A DNA stretch of 64,000 nucleotides from a virus (lineage: Duplodnaviria > Caudoviricetes), in the IMG/VR virus record IMGVR_UViG_2869455143_000004, positions 1-64,000 of that record. One strand, given 5' to 3'. This document shows positions 28,432-37,193 of this stretch, in pieces (position 1 is the stretch's first letter; every line of letters starts with the position of its first letter). The position numbers were made by a program, and so were the translations under genes. The notes under the pieces were generated by a model. That model did no database searches. It saw only the letters and a list, made by a program, of their open reading frames with translations, and had not been told where the DNA came from.

Positions 28432-30326
28432 CCGTAATACTGACTGACAAAATTCTTCTGAAAGACGTGCCTGGCTATATAGCGCCTGCAGTTTCTGATG
28501 ATATTTACAACGAACTGATGAAGGGCCAGAGCGCCGATTTGATGCTGGAAAGCGCCACTATTGAAGAAGTGGACCAGTCTTATCTTGGCGATGAGCTGGT
28601 CTATGTCTCTCATGCAGCAATGTTTGAAGCGATTAGCACTGAGCGCATGCGTTTGTCGCAGACCATGCGCGCGTTCGTAAGGGCATTAAATCGCGGTTTG
28701 AACGGAACCGACATTAAAGCAGGTACGGATGATGCTGGCCTGGACGATAGCGGTGAAAAAACGATTGGAGGGGCTGTCATCGGTAAGGTTCGCCGGGTGA
28801 ACAGTATTCCAATTATGACGGCGTTGATTCCATTATCAGATGGGCAGTCAATTTCCCTGGTTTTCCACTCCCCGACTGCAGATAACGGGCGCGTAAAGAA
28901 CAATGATTTGCTGGTGGCCTTCCGTTTCTTGCTGAACAAGCGCGATGTAACACATATTGTGGCCCCCATTGGCGGTCGCGATGTGTCTTTGCAGCAAGTA
29001 ACGCAAGCTCTTGCAAACCTGGCAGAGCGTAACAGTGCAAAATTCACGAAGCAGCAAGATGCTCAGGTTAAATTACGCAGTGATATAGACGCGCTGAACG
29101 CTGAAAATGATCAGTTAAGCGAACAACAATCCTCTCTGCTAACTCAGGTCGAATCACTCCAGACCAAGTTAATCGCACATCAGAGCGATGAGCGGGACGT
29201 GCGGGAGAAGCTCGCTAACCAGCGTCGAATTAATGCCGAACTGGAGGCTAAAATTGTAGCTTTGCAGGGAGTATCTCAGGCCGGTACCACTGATACCGGT
29301 TCATCTTTCACGGATGCAACGCGCAAAGTGAAAGACCGTATGGGTATTGATGGTAAGGCAACTCTGAGTAATGGGGCCATAATCCGTTACAACTCATATG
29401 ATCATGACGGCGAGCTGCAAGGTAGCGTAATTATTACCGATCCTTCTGGTAAGGTTTATGAAATGCCATCCCCATCATCCCAGGGCGGGGCTATGGGGGT
29501 TACTGCAACTAAATTACTGAAAGCCTATCGAGAGAACCGCGCTGATCGTTACGTTGTCACGACACCACCACCACCAGAACTTCCCCCGGAGCAACCGCCA
29601 GAACAACCGCCGGAGTTGCCACCAGAACAACCGCCAGAACCAACCGCTAAGTACCGTTATGCGCTTACAAGTCGCCCAGCGAGTATCGGTGCTGTCCCGG
29701 CAGATCACACTGCAATTTTGGATGCGCCGGAACAGAGCGATAAATATGGTCGTTTGGCTCGTCATGGTTTCATTGAATACGATCGTAAGCTGACAGAGCA
29801 GGAAGCCTCTAATTTTGAGTTGAAGCTGATTCCGACCGAGGCGGATCTCGATGTACTGGCGAAAACCGTCGTTAGTGATTCAATGGCTAATTACGCACAG
29901 CAATATGTTGAAATGGCTGAGAGTGACCCGGCAACGTTCGGCTCTCAGGTGAAGCTGAATACGAAGAAAGCTGCGCCGAACATTGCTTACCCGGAAGGCG
30001 ACGATCTCGATTACTTTATGGAGAAAGTTAAGGCCGAGTTGGTAAGCCAAACACCTCCCACGCCGCCGCAGACTAATGAGGAAACTCCCGTGGTATCTGA
30101 AGCCGATACAGCAGCGAATGATGCGTTGAGTTATCTGGATGCCGTAATGCAACTGCAGTCGAAAGACATAGCGGAAATCCGTGACGCCCGTAACAAGGTT
30201 CGCGGGGCTATTGCCGCACTACAGAATGCTGGTCGTTTTGACGAAAATGAAGACAAAGTGAATGCCGCTGCGCAACACCTGTCTGATTTACTGGTGGCAA
30301 TTCAAAGAGAGGGGGCTGGAGCATGA
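28428..30326 (+). CDS. darA: DarA antirestriction head protein
   Basis: 632 aa; LSDGQSISLVFHSP...FRFLLNKRDVTH.VAP; Pro-rich linker. Confidence 0.9.
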   Translation: MTVILTDKILLKDVPGYIAPAVSDDIYNELMKGQSADLMLESATIEEVDQSYLGDELVYVSHAAMFEAISTERMRLSQTMRAFVRALNRGLNGTDIKAGTDDAGLDDSGEKTIGGAVIGKVRRVNSIPIMTALIPLSDGQSISLVFHSPTADNGRVKNNDLLVAFRFLLNKRDVTHIVAPIGGRDVSLQQVTQALANLAERNSAKFTKQQDAQVKLRSDIDALNAENDQLSEQQSSLLTQVESLQTKLIAHQSDERDVREKLANQRRINAELEAKIVALQGVSQAGTTDTGSSFTDATRKVKDRMGIDGKATLSNGAIIRYNSYDHDGELQGSVIITDPSGKVYEMPSPSSQGGAMGVTATKLLKAYRENRADRYVVTTPPPPELPPEQPPEQPPELPPEQPPEPTAKYRYALTSRPASIGAVPADHTAILDAPEQSDKYGRLARHGFIEYDRKLTEQEASNFELKLIPTEADLDVLAKTVVSDSMANYAQQYVEMAESDPATFGSQVKLNTKKAAPNIAYPEGDDLDYFMEKVKAELVSQTPPTPPQTNEETPVVSEADTAANDALSYLDAVMQLQSKDIAEIRDARNKVRGAIAALQNAGRFDENEDKVNAAAQHLSDLLVAIQREGAGA

Positions 30327-30670
30327 ATTTAAGCGCGCTGGAACGCCTTGACCTGAATGATCGCCTGGATGAATTGATGGTTCAGGCCACAACAGCTAAA
30401 GGGCTGGATTTGCTGGATTTGAATGACGAAATCGACGCTATTTTGGTGAAGCTGGGTTACGGTACCGAATCAATCCCAGCCGACCCAGCTGAAGATAATA
30501 CGCCGTCTATCGTTAAAGACTTTCTCTCCGGGAAGTTTGTAAAACAGGCCCAAATGGATTTTGTGGATACGCTTCGCCAGGTCGGTGAGTACCTTAACGA
30601 ATTTCTGACACTGGACGATATGAAGGGCCAGGCCAATGCGTGGGTTGCTCAGAATGACTACGCCATCTGA
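30323..30670 (+). CDS. ddrA: DdrA
   Basis: ERLDL.D.LD...LDLLDLND..D; synteny. Confidence 0.8.
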   Translation: MNLSALERLDLNDRLDELMVQATTAKGLDLLDLNDEIDAILVKLGYGTESIPADPAEDNTPSIVKDFLSGKFVKQAQMDFVDTLRQVGEYLNEFLTLDDMKGQANAWVAQNDYAI

Positions 30671-30682
30671 TCTCTGATAACC

Positions 30683-30705
30683 AGCCCCGTTAATCGGGGC
30701 TTTTT
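30683..30705 (+). terminator. Rho-independent terminator
   Basis: AGCCCCG-TTAAT-CGGGGCT-TTTT. Confidence 0.8.
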
Positions 30706-30718
30706 CTTCTCCCCTCTG

Positions 30719-30740
30719 AATAACACACACTCCTTATCCT
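30719..30740 (+). promoter_or_regulatory. Late promoter for ddrB
   Basis: AATAACACA-CACTCCT-TATCCT. Confidence 0.55.
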
Positions 30741-30771
30741 TCACGAAACCTAAAACGTGGAGGTATGACCG

Positions 30772-33700
30772 TTGGAAACAGCACAACAGGCCATTAGCAA
30801 CACACCAGGTCTGGATAGCCTAATTACGCTGGTGGCGTCACTGCAGTTGAGACAAACCCCCATAGGGCGAACGTCGTTTGTTGTGACGAGCAAAGGGGAT
30901 GAGGTCAAAACGGGCTTTAAAGTTGTTAATGCCAGTAGCCTGATAATTTCGAATAACCTTGATGGGACGATAAACCCTGCATTCCCAACGGAGCTGCAGC
31001 CGAGGGATCGTACCCGAATGTCGAGTAAGATTCAGGTGAGCAAGATCGCCGGAAACTTACGTCCAGCACAATTAACCGATTCAGGGTTAAGTAGCCACGG
31101 TGCGCCTATTGTCGGCCCTGACAACGTTGTTGAGTCGGGGAATGGGCGCTCAATGGGAATACTACGGGCCTATGAGCAAGGGCAGGCTGACAGCTATCGC
31201 CAGTATCTGATCGACCATGCAGCCGACTATGGGGTTAAGGCTGAAGATATTGCCCGGATGGATATGCCGGTGCTGGTGAGGGAGCGTGTCACCGACGTTG
31301 ATCGTGCTCAGTTTGCCAGAGATTCCAACCTCTCAGATCTGCAGGAAATGGCAGCGAGCGAAAAGGCATTCGTAGATGCCGAAATGCTCGATGAGCGGCT
31401 TATGGCGATGTTTTCCCCTTCCGAAGAGGGAAATCTACTTGCCCGGTCTAATGACGGCTTCATTCAGTCGTTTATGCGCGAAATTGGGGATACTGCAACT
31501 GCAGGTCTGGTAACGACTGACGGCAGGCCGACCAAGCAGCTGATTGATCGCATTCAGAACGCTATTTTTGCAAAAGCGTACAAAGACGAACGACTTGTAA
31601 AAATGGTCGCAGAAGAACCCGATCCCGAGATGCGTAATATCCTGACTGCACTCAACACCGCAGCCAGTGATTTTGCACAAATGCAGATGCTATCTGGTGA
31701 CGTTCACAAAGAGGCTGTGAATGGGCTGGTGGGTGGTATTGAGGAAGTGGACGGTCTTGATAAACAGGCCATTGCCGCGCTACAGGAGGCCATTAACCTT
31801 GTGCGCCGGGCCAAAGACTCAGGCCAGGCAATCGAAGAGGTGATCGCACAACAAGGGCTGTTTGAAGACACCAGCAAAGAGGCTGAGGCCCTGGCGCTAT
31901 TTATCGTTGCCAATAGTCGCAGTTCCAAGCGTATAGGCGCTGCCTTCAAGAAGATGGCGCAAAAAATAAATGATGAGCTAATCCACCAGCAGCAGGCGTT
32001 GGGGGATATGTTTGGCGGCGGTAGCCTGTCACTTGTTGATGTGTTGTCTGCAGTCTCTACCGAAATTGAAGATGAGTTTGGTGAGGGGAAAGGGCTTAAC
32101 TTTGCGATGTTCGAATCAGCACCGGGTGATAACCGTGCCTATATATCGCAAATGATCACGAGTGCAACAAGCGTTGACGAGCTGGTAAACGTCATCAAAA
32201 TGACCGGAAAGCTTGCTAAGGCCAATCCGAATACTGAAGAAAATCTCGCGCGCCTGAGTGCTTCTGTGGGCAGAAACATGCTTTATTCACAGCGACCTCT
32301 AATTCAGCCATGGGTGGAAGCGCACGGTTATAGCGGCAATCTGCTTGGCGAAATGGCAACTTCTTCAGAAAATAGCGCCTTCTACTACAAGGCGTTGCAG
32401 GAAGCCATTAAAAATAATGAACCTGCGCCGTCACTGGCGGATGCCAGAAATATTGATTACCGGGTGAAGTTATTTTTGGAAGCATCAGAGGGTGGGGCCA
32501 GTCCGGATCGATTGTTCATGCTTATGCACAAGCTTGAAGACTTAATGCAATCAGACTTGAGCTGGCAGGAGTTGCGTAAGGCCTGCAGAACCTGGCTGGA
32601 CAAATTCATGAAAATGCCGCATGCCATCTATGCGAAAGTCACGAGTAAGTTTGATAAAAAACTGGCTGATGCAAAAAGTATCCCTGAAACGATAGCCGCT
32701 CTGCAGTGGGCGATCGCTGCAGGCAAAAAGGCACTCACGGACATTAGCGATGTAATGGAAAGTGGAAAGGCTTCGCTCGATGCGGTAGGGCTGTCGAAAG
32801 ACTTTAGCGGCGACGAGCTGGCAGATGCTTACATCGATGTTTTACGCCGCTTGAAAGCGCTTGCCGAAACTAATGATAAGGATGGTCGTCTAAAGCTACC
32901 TGAAGAGGTCGATTATTATATTGAGCAGATTAATAAAGTTCGTGACCGGCCTGAAAAGTTGAAACCATATTTGAAAGATGTTTTCACGCCACATGGCGGG
33001 ATAGGTCTGGAGGTAGATCGGCTTAAATGGTTTATAGACCGTGAATCAGATGAAGCCGTTCAGCTATATGAACTTGAGAGGTTATTCAAGGATAAAGCTC
33101 CATACCCGCCTCTAATTGTTGAGAAAATACACAGTAAAGTTAAAGCGGCTATGGATGCCGTGATGCAGGCATCCCCAGTGTCAAAAGAAGATGCCGAAGC
33201 GTGGGGCAATGCGATTGAACTGGATAGCGACATTATTGAGAAAACCACTGTTACAGCAGGATGGCGTACTGGGTACGATGCGCGCGATGTTGCGGAAAAG
33301 GTCTTTACCTTGACCGGCGGCAAGCTGGATACGCTGAAAAAGATTGAGCACCAGGCGAAGGTTAGAGCGAGTGCAAGCCAGAGCCGCCAGTCTGTGACGA
33401 TCGACGCGGATACGGATGCCGAACATGTTATGTGGCACGAACTTGGACACCATGTGGAATTTTCTAACCCCCATTTGCTGGAGCGCGCAAAAGGCTTCAT
33501 TAAATCAAAGACTGAAGGACGGTTGGTATACAGCAATTTTGGCGGGTACGGCGATGCTGAGTACAAGGTCAAAACATCACTAAGTCATTACTACATGTCA
33601 AAAATCTACATGGATAATAGGGTAAGTCTCGCGAGTGGTAAGTTATTATCGAAAGCACCATCGTTGAACAATTGCCGCTCTACTGAAGTGTTTTCAATGG

Positions 33701-33810
33701 CGCTGCAGTGCTACGCCGATCCTGAATTGACTGCAACTTCATACTTAAACGGTGACGGCATTATCGAGTTTTTACTGGGATGCTTTAAGGAGCTGCAGAA
33801 TGCGCATTAA
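30772..33810 (+). CDS. ddrB: DdrB: N-terminal ParB-like domain, C-terminal HExxH metallopeptidase-like domain
   Basis: LQPRDRTR...VESGNGR; WHELGHH...EVFSM. Confidence 0.88.
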   Translation: METAQQAISNTPGLDSLITLVASLQLRQTPIGRTSFVVTSKGDEVKTGFKVVNASSLIISNNLDGTINPAFPTELQPRDRTRMSSKIQVSKIAGNLRPAQLTDSGLSSHGAPIVGPDNVVESGNGRSMGILRAYEQGQADSYRQYLIDHAADYGVKAEDIARMDMPVLVRERVTDVDRAQFARDSNLSDLQEMAASEKAFVDAEMLDERLMAMFSPSEEGNLLARSNDGFIQSFMREIGDTATAGLVTTDGRPTKQLIDRIQNAIFAKAYKDERLVKMVAEEPDPEMRNILTALNTAASDFAQMQMLSGDVHKEAVNGLVGGIEEVDGLDKQAIAALQEAINLVRRAKDSGQAIEEVIAQQGLFEDTSKEAEALALFIVANSRSSKRIGAAFKKMAQKINDELIHQQQALGDMFGGGSLSLVDVLSAVSTEIEDEFGEGKGLNFAMFESAPGDNRAYISQMITSATSVDELVNVIKMTGKLAKANPNTEENLARLSASVGRNMLYSQRPLIQPWVEAHGYSGNLLGEMATSSENSAFYYKALQEAIKNNEPAPSLADARNIDYRVKLFLEASEGGASPDRLFMLMHKLEDLMQSDLSWQELRKACRTWLDKFMKMPHAIYAKVTSKFDKKLADAKSIPETIAALQWAIAAGKKALTDISDVMESGKASLDAVGLSKDFSGDELADAYIDVLRRLKALAETNDKDGRLKLPEEVDYYIEQINKVRDRPEKLKPYLKDVFTPHGGIGLEVDRLKWFIDRESDEAVQLYELERLFKDKAPYPPLIVEKIHSKVKAAMDAVMQASPVSKEDAEAWGNAIELDSDIIEKTTVTAGWRTGYDARDVAEKVFTLTGGKLDTLKKIEHQAKVRASASQSRQSVTIDADTDAEHVMWHELGHHVEFSNPHLLERAKGFIKSKTEGRLVYSNFGGYGDAEYKVKTSLSHYYMSKIYMDNRVSLASGKLLSKAPSLNNCRSTEVFSMALQCYADPELTATSYLNGDGIIEFLLGCFKELQNAH

Positions 33811-34093
33811 GGTAACAATGCCCGGAGGAAAAGCCGGTATGGTTGAATGCAGTAATGCCGGTACGCTGGTAATAGTTGAGGGAGATATCACCCAGGATGA
33901 TATGCGCAATGCTCTTAACGGTGTACGGCCTAACTCTGCCGTGGGAGAGGTGAACTCTTTAAATGCTGACGCACATTTGGTCTTACGTAGCCTGGAAAGC
34001 GCTGGTTGGCAGGTGGACTGGCCTGAAGTTGACGCTGGCGATGATGATCCGAATGATGAAGATACCCCGAACATAGCCAGCACAATCCACTAA
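33800..34093 (+). CDS. hxr: Hxr
   Basis: GDIT.D...GW.VDWP with acidic tail; ATG at 33800. Confidence 0.75.
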   Translation: MRIKVTMPGGKAGMVECSNAGTLVIVEGDITQDDMRNALNGVRPNSAVGEVNSLNADAHLVLRSLESAGWQVDWPEVDAGDDDPNDEDTPNIASTIH

Positions 34094-34098
34094 GAAAC

Positions 34099-34123
34099 GC
34101 CCACTTCGTGTGGGCTTCTTTTT
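34099..34123 (+). terminator. Rho-independent terminator
   Basis: GCCCAC-TTCGT-GTGGGC-TTCTTTTT. Confidence 0.7.
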
Positions 34124-34138
34124 GCTCGCTACCGGTTG

Positions 34139-34160
34139 CAAAGTACAGAGCGGTTACTGT
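34139..34160 (+). promoter_or_regulatory. Late promoter for the endolysin gene
   Basis: CAAAGTACA-GAGCGGT-TACTGT. Confidence 0.7.
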
Positions 34161-34190
34161 TTCGGCTCATTGCTAACAGAGGAAAAAAGC

Positions 34191-34682
34191 ATGAGTCAGC
34201 CCAATGAACTCCGTTGGATAGTTGAGGCCCGTAAACACATCGGGTTACGTGAAATCAAAGGTGCGGAACATAACCCCGAGATCCTACAAATGTGGAAGGA
34301 CATTAAACGTGGTGGCATCAAAGACGATGAAACTCCGTGGTGTGCTGCATTTGTAGGTGCGATGCTTGAGCGTGTAGGCATCCAGTCTACTCGATTTGAA
34401 TCGGCACGAAGCTACACCTCTTGGGGAACCGCGCTGCACGATCCGGCATATGGTTGCATTGTGACGTTTACCCGTGAAGGTGGCGGTCATGTCGGCTTTG
34501 TTGTTGGTCAGGATGCAAACCGTAATTTGTTAGTGCTGGGGGGCAACCAGGGCGATGCTGTAAACATTCGTGCATTCCCGCGTAGCCGTGTAACCGGTTA
34601 TCGCTGGCCTGCCGGTGAGCCGGGGCCGGAGTCATACAAGCTACCACTGCAGAATGCGCAGACGTCCACCAGCGAAGCGTAA
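34191..34682 (+). CDS. TIGR02594-family (CHAP/NlpC-like) putative endolysin
   Basis: DETPWCAAFV (Cys), GHVGF (His), LGGNQGD; occupies the lyz position. Confidence 0.8.
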   Translation: MSQPNELRWIVEARKHIGLREIKGAEHNPEILQMWKDIKRGGIKDDETPWCAAFVGAMLERVGIQSTRFESARSYTSWGTALHDPAYGCIVTFTREGGGHVGFVVGQDANRNLLVLGGNQGDAVNIRAFPRSRVTGYRWPAGEPGPESYKLPLQNAQTSTSEA

Positions 34683-35600
34683 TTACCGAAAACCATCCGG
34701 TTTTTTGCTGTAATCCACGTCTTTAAAGCTGGCACGGAATATACCGTCATCACGCTGGTGGATAGATTTTTTCATGGTATCCATCAGCTTGATGAACATG
34801 TGCTTGTAACGCTTCTCGTTGGCACCGAGTACAGACTGTCGTTCGTGGTAATTGCGTTCTGCTGTATTGAGCTGCCCCTGAATCCGTGTTTTGTTAATGC
34901 GCTCATTCCACTGCTTCAGCGTTTTGCCTTTCACTCCTTCTTGCTTATCCACAGGATCACTTTCACCGGTCCCAATATTTGTCTTTTCTTTCTGACTTTT
35001 AGAAGGGGTTAATATCTTCTTTTGTGACGCATTTTGCGCCCCCTTTTCGGGTTGCGTTTTGCGCCCCCCTGATTTGTTGAAAAGCACAGCTGACGCGGCT
35101 TTCAAAGCGAAGGCCATTACTTTTTGTTTCACTCTGCTGGTGGTTTTACGAAACAGTGCGATCGCAAGGCAAAACAGCATGGCACCGCGCGTTAGTGTGC
35201 GTCTGGCAGTTTCAATACCAATTTTGTCTTGGGGTATTTCAGAAGTAAAAATAGCGCGACCGGAAGCGCCTGCAGTGAAGCGGTCGAGTGTGGCTATGGA
35301 AACTTCGGCATCGAGCGCGAGCGTTTTACGGCTGGCATAGCAAACGCCGGTGTGGGACGGATTTACTTTGTTGGCGATGCTGGCAGCAATCAGTTTCCCG
35401 GTCCGGCTGATAAGCGCCGCTGGCAGGAAAAGAAAAGCGTGACTTAGTTTATATCCCGTGGGGTAGTTCTTTTGTACTTCAAGCCAGAGAGCCTCATTGT
35501 CCATGTGGTGATAGTGTTCAAAATCTGGCAGGTCAGCGCTAATGACACAGCCCGTGATAGCCGACGACATGTCATTCCATAGTTCCTTTGCGTTATCCAT
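34683..35600 (-). CDS. repL: RepL-like lytic replication initiator
   Basis: HTH-like ASRKTLA..AEVSIATLDRF; C-terminal PDGFR as in RepL. Confidence 0.65.
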   Translation of the reverse strand: MDNAKELWNDMSSAITGCVISADLPDFEHYHHMDNEALWLEVQKNYPTGYKLSHAFLFLPAALISRTGKLIAASIANKVNPSHTGVCYASRKTLALDAEVSIATLDRFTAGASGRAIFTSEIPQDKIGIETARRTLTRGAMLFCLAIALFRKTTSRVKQKVMAFALKAASAVLFNKSGGRKTQPEKGAQNASQKKILTPSKSQKEKTNIGTGESDPVDKQEGVKGKTLKQWNERINKTRIQGQLNTAERNYHERQSVLGANEKRYKHMFIKLMDTMKKSIHQRDDGIFRASFKDVDYSKKPDGFR

Positions 35601-35709
35601 TCTGCTTCATTTCCATCGTTATATTGATTTAGAAAACCTCCAGACGCGGGGCTTCCTGTCACTGAGTAACATTTGGACAAAGATGGTTACGGGTGAGCAA
35701 AAAAAAGAC

Positions 35710-35738
35710 TTGAGTGCCGAGATCGGCGCTAGTAAACT
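35710..35738 (+). promoter_or_regulatory. sigma70-like promoter antisense to the repL leader
   Basis: TTGAGT-17 bp-TAAACT. Confidence 0.55.
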
Positions 35739-35931
35739 GGACGCTAGTCTAGTAACCAGACAACAAAAGGCCTCCGCTCAGTAAAGAACGTTTTCATCTT
35801 TGTGGGCTGGGAAAAACGGATCGGGTTAATTCATATTTGCCTCCTTTTTGTCTCCTTTTATTGTTGCCTCTTTGTTTCGGCATGGTTGTTGGCTTATCAC
35901 ATTGAATTTCAGGGGCTTAACCCCCGGCAAG

Positions 35932-35955
35932 AACCACCTGGCAGGGTGGTTTTTT
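35932..35955 (+). terminator. Terminator of the candidate antisense RNA
   Basis: AACCACC-TGGCAG-GGTGGTT-TTTT. Confidence 0.7.
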
Positions 35956-36083
35956 GCTTTCAGCGGGTAATATCACCCACAGATTCCCAAAAAGCACGAT
36001 CTTTTTAGCCTCTACGATCCTGATCGTCGGGTACTGGATACTATTCTGATCTCTTGTTTTTGACAATGCTGTGTTTATTTACA

Positions 36084-36094
36084 CCTTAGAATTA
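36084..36094. promoter_or_regulatory. Candidate C1 operator upstream of repL
   Basis: CCTTAGAATTA, recurring in intergenic regions. Confidence 0.6.
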
Positions 36095-36123
36095 AAGTTA
36101 TTAATGTATTGAGGAAATGGCAT

Positions 36124-36148
36124 AAAAAACCGCCAGTTAAGGCGGTTT
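36124..36148 (-). terminator. Terminator after pro
   Basis: AAACCGCC-6 nt-GGCGGTTT followed by a T run on the minus strand. Confidence 0.75.
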
Positions 36149-36166
36149 GAGAGGTGTGCTACGAAG

Positions 36167-37180
36167 TTATTTATTCGGACGTAACCAGAGTACATCCTCA
36201 TCGCTGGCGATGTTGGTTTGTTTCGCCGGATCGCGTTGGCGGGGAGGGTGATCGCCGATAGGTAGGCTGGAAGACATATTTCCTGCAGCTGACTCCAACA
36301 TCGCAGACAGTACCTGAATATCCTCTTCAGATTCCATACGTAGCAGCGCCTGGCGTTGTTCTTTGCTGATAAAAACAGGCAGGCTGTTTAATGTTTCCCG
36401 CATAATACGGCGGCGGGTTTTCGCCAGCTCACCGGCGCTTTCCAGCATAGCGTTTTGCTCACTAACTCGCGCCTGCATTTCCGCCAGTTGCCCCTGCAGC
36501 GCCCACATCTTACTTTCCAGGTGGCTGGTATGCTCTACGGCCTCAAACATAGCCTGATCTTCTCGCAAGGTTTCAAAGTGATGGCAAAGGTCCGTTGCCG
36601 CGTTTTCACTGAAACCTGACTCAATCAGCCCAGCAATCATAAGCTCGGTGCGTGTACCGGCAGACTCAAGCATTAATGACGCCCTGTCCAGGCTGATATA
36701 ATTTGGCGTGGTTACATAGTCGAAACCATAAAAGCCGGTGACTACTGAACGGAGTGAACTGTCATTGCCGCCGGTAGCCCAACTCCAGCCACCAGCTCTT
36801 GACGCCTCCATGCCACTGACAATATGGCCTGGCTCAGTATCAAGAATCTCCTGTGTGTGCGTGACCACGCCATCATCATCTACTGATACTGAAAGGGTGC
36901 GGTTGGACGGGACATTCGTCAGAGTTACGGGTTTGCCTTCCACAACCGCTACGGAGACTTCAGGGAGAGTTAGTTTTCCTGTTTTGGCGTAGTGAATTTG
37001 TCGGCGACCATGACCATAGTAGCCGTACATTTCACCGAGAGAGATGCATTCTTTTACTTCAGGATCGTTGAAGGTATCTCTAACCGATTTCAGGATGTAA
37101 TTGCGCGTATTCTGCGGTGTGTGGCGACGAATGGTGTCCACCAGAGAAAAGCGATCGGTAACTGTCTTTAGTGATTTCAA
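36167..37180 (-). CDS. pro: Prohead protease Pro
   Basis: G..GYYGHGRR, P.NRT, GGWSWATGG, GFDYV..PNY. Confidence 0.88.
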   Translation of the reverse strand: MKSLKTVTDRFSLVDTIRRHTPQNTRNYILKSVRDTFNDPEVKECISLGEMYGYYGHGRRQIHYAKTGKLTLPEVSVAVVEGKPVTLTNVPSNRTLSVSVDDDGVVTHTQEILDTEPGHIVSGMEASRAGGWSWATGGNDSSLRSVVTGFYGFDYVTTPNYISLDRASLMLESAGTRTELMIAGLIESGFSENAATDLCHHFETLREDQAMFEAVEHTSHLESKMWALQGQLAEMQARVSEQNAMLESAGELAKTRRRIMRETLNSLPVFISKEQRQALLRMESEEDIQVLSAMLESAAGNMSSSLPIGDHPPRQRDPAKQTNIASDEDVLWLRPNK

Positions 37181-37193
37181 GGTGTGCTCCGTA

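Noticed and set aside
35802-36008. Hydrophobic 68-aa ORF as a type I toxin
   Set aside because: No RBS; hydrophobicity follows from T-rich sequence; crosses a terminator
36160-36170. TACGAAGTTAT, an 11-nt match to a loxP arm
   Set aside because: No partner arm at the right spacing; overlaps the pro stop codon; probably chance
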